Made by a program: the position numbers and the translations under genes. Shown piece by piece: positions 63,293-64,000 of a DNA stretch of 64,000 nt. Within the stretch, counting starts at the first letter, position 1, and every line of letters starts with the position of its first letter. Origin of the DNA: Candidatus Zhuqueibacterota bacterium (GTDB taxonomy: Bacteria > Zhuqueibacterota > Zhuqueibacteria > Thermofontimicrobiales > Thermofontimicrobiaceae); contig JBMOPW010000014.1 in assembly GCA_049322915.1 (NCBI GenBank), forward strand, positions 445,517 to 509,516, in the 5' to 3' direction. Under the pieces are notes generated by a model that was given only the letters and a program-made list of their open reading frames with translations, was not told where the DNA came from and searched no databases.

Positions 63293-63537
63293 GCCAATCT
63301 CTTCCTTGAAAAGTGATTATGCGTTCATTGCTGATATCACATAAATGTCTTCAGGTTCCAGGTTTAAAGGTTTCAGGTTCCGGGTTAAAGAGAATTTTCG
63401 TCGCTATTCAGGCATGTATTCTTGCCACGAAATCACGAAGCCACAACGTTACACGAAGATGTCCTTTTATTCATTCTTATTTTGTGAGATTCAATTTCTT
63501 TTAAACCACGTTCAGCTTTTCAGAATCGATAATTCAG

Positions 63538-63697
63538 CCTGCATTATTCATAGTATTTTTAAAGGAGGCTGGCTAACCTGAATGGTGCTCTTTTTAGAAT
63601 AAACGTACAAAAACTGAGTTTCAAATTGCTCAGATTTTAGCTAATTGAAAATCTCAATGTTGACTCAAATTCTGAGCAAGTTCATGAATAATTCAGG
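63538..63697. mobile_element. 160-bp MITE, copy 2 (inverted relative to copy 1)
   Basis: Reverse complement of 49186-49346 with several substitutions and one indel; flanks TCAG / TTAG. Confidence 0.85.
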
Positions 63698-64000
63698 TTA
63701 GATGTATTTTTTCTTCGTGCCTTTGAGACTTGGTGGCTGAACAGTTACGAATATTCATTAACAAAATATACAAATGAAATGATTCTAACCCTGAACCTGA
63801 ACCAGCCAACCTGAGTAGTTATCTTCCAACAAAACTGAATTGTCAGGTTCCTCTATGCAGGACGTGTTGCAGGTGTATCTGTTGCCTGCATGTTTCTCAT
63901 GTCAGAAATTCTAATATGAATAACCAGTTAAAATTTTGGCGTCCCTATTATTATTGGACATACGCGTAGTGGGGGGGGGGGGGGGGGGCCGCGAGCGGCA

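Noticed and set aside
63970..63988. Long poly-G run at the window end
   Set aside because: Most likely a sequencing or contig-end artefact; it cannot be supported as a biological feature.

Overview
Bacterial chromosomal window from a Gram-negative-type cell (TonB receptor, lipoproteins, beta-barrel). Gene content suggests an FCB-superphylum, KSB1- or Calditrichota-like lineage, which is an unverified inference. In order it holds: the end of a polysaccharide locus (1-4225); a PaoABC-like Tat-exported molybdoenzyme operon (4162-8316); an 11-gene minus-strand cluster (8529-20066); an 8-gene fatty-acyl uptake/activation operon with an atypical KAS III (20667-29113); two tRNA-Lys genes plus two odd tRNA-Lys fragments; a TonB receptor/TPR/LytS-LytTR operon; housekeeping genes (nadB, deoxynucleoside kinase, SpoIID, TrmH, PTS EIIA, thymidylyltransferase, M23 peptidase, APC permease, cold-shock protein); two copies of a ~160 bp IS1380-like MITE; and a GC-richer CheB/CheR plus hybrid kinase module whose CheB-CheR gene is broken. 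The main candidate novel system is the 8.5-20 kb cluster. It encodes six radical SAM enzymes, a U32-family Fe-S protein and two PqqD/RRE-like proteins around two Tat-exported WD40 proteins that share an N-terminal leader and a Cys-rich C-terminal tail ending in CGYWYPN. It looks like a RiPP-type pathway acting on large exported proteins. All calls come from motif reading; no searches were run.
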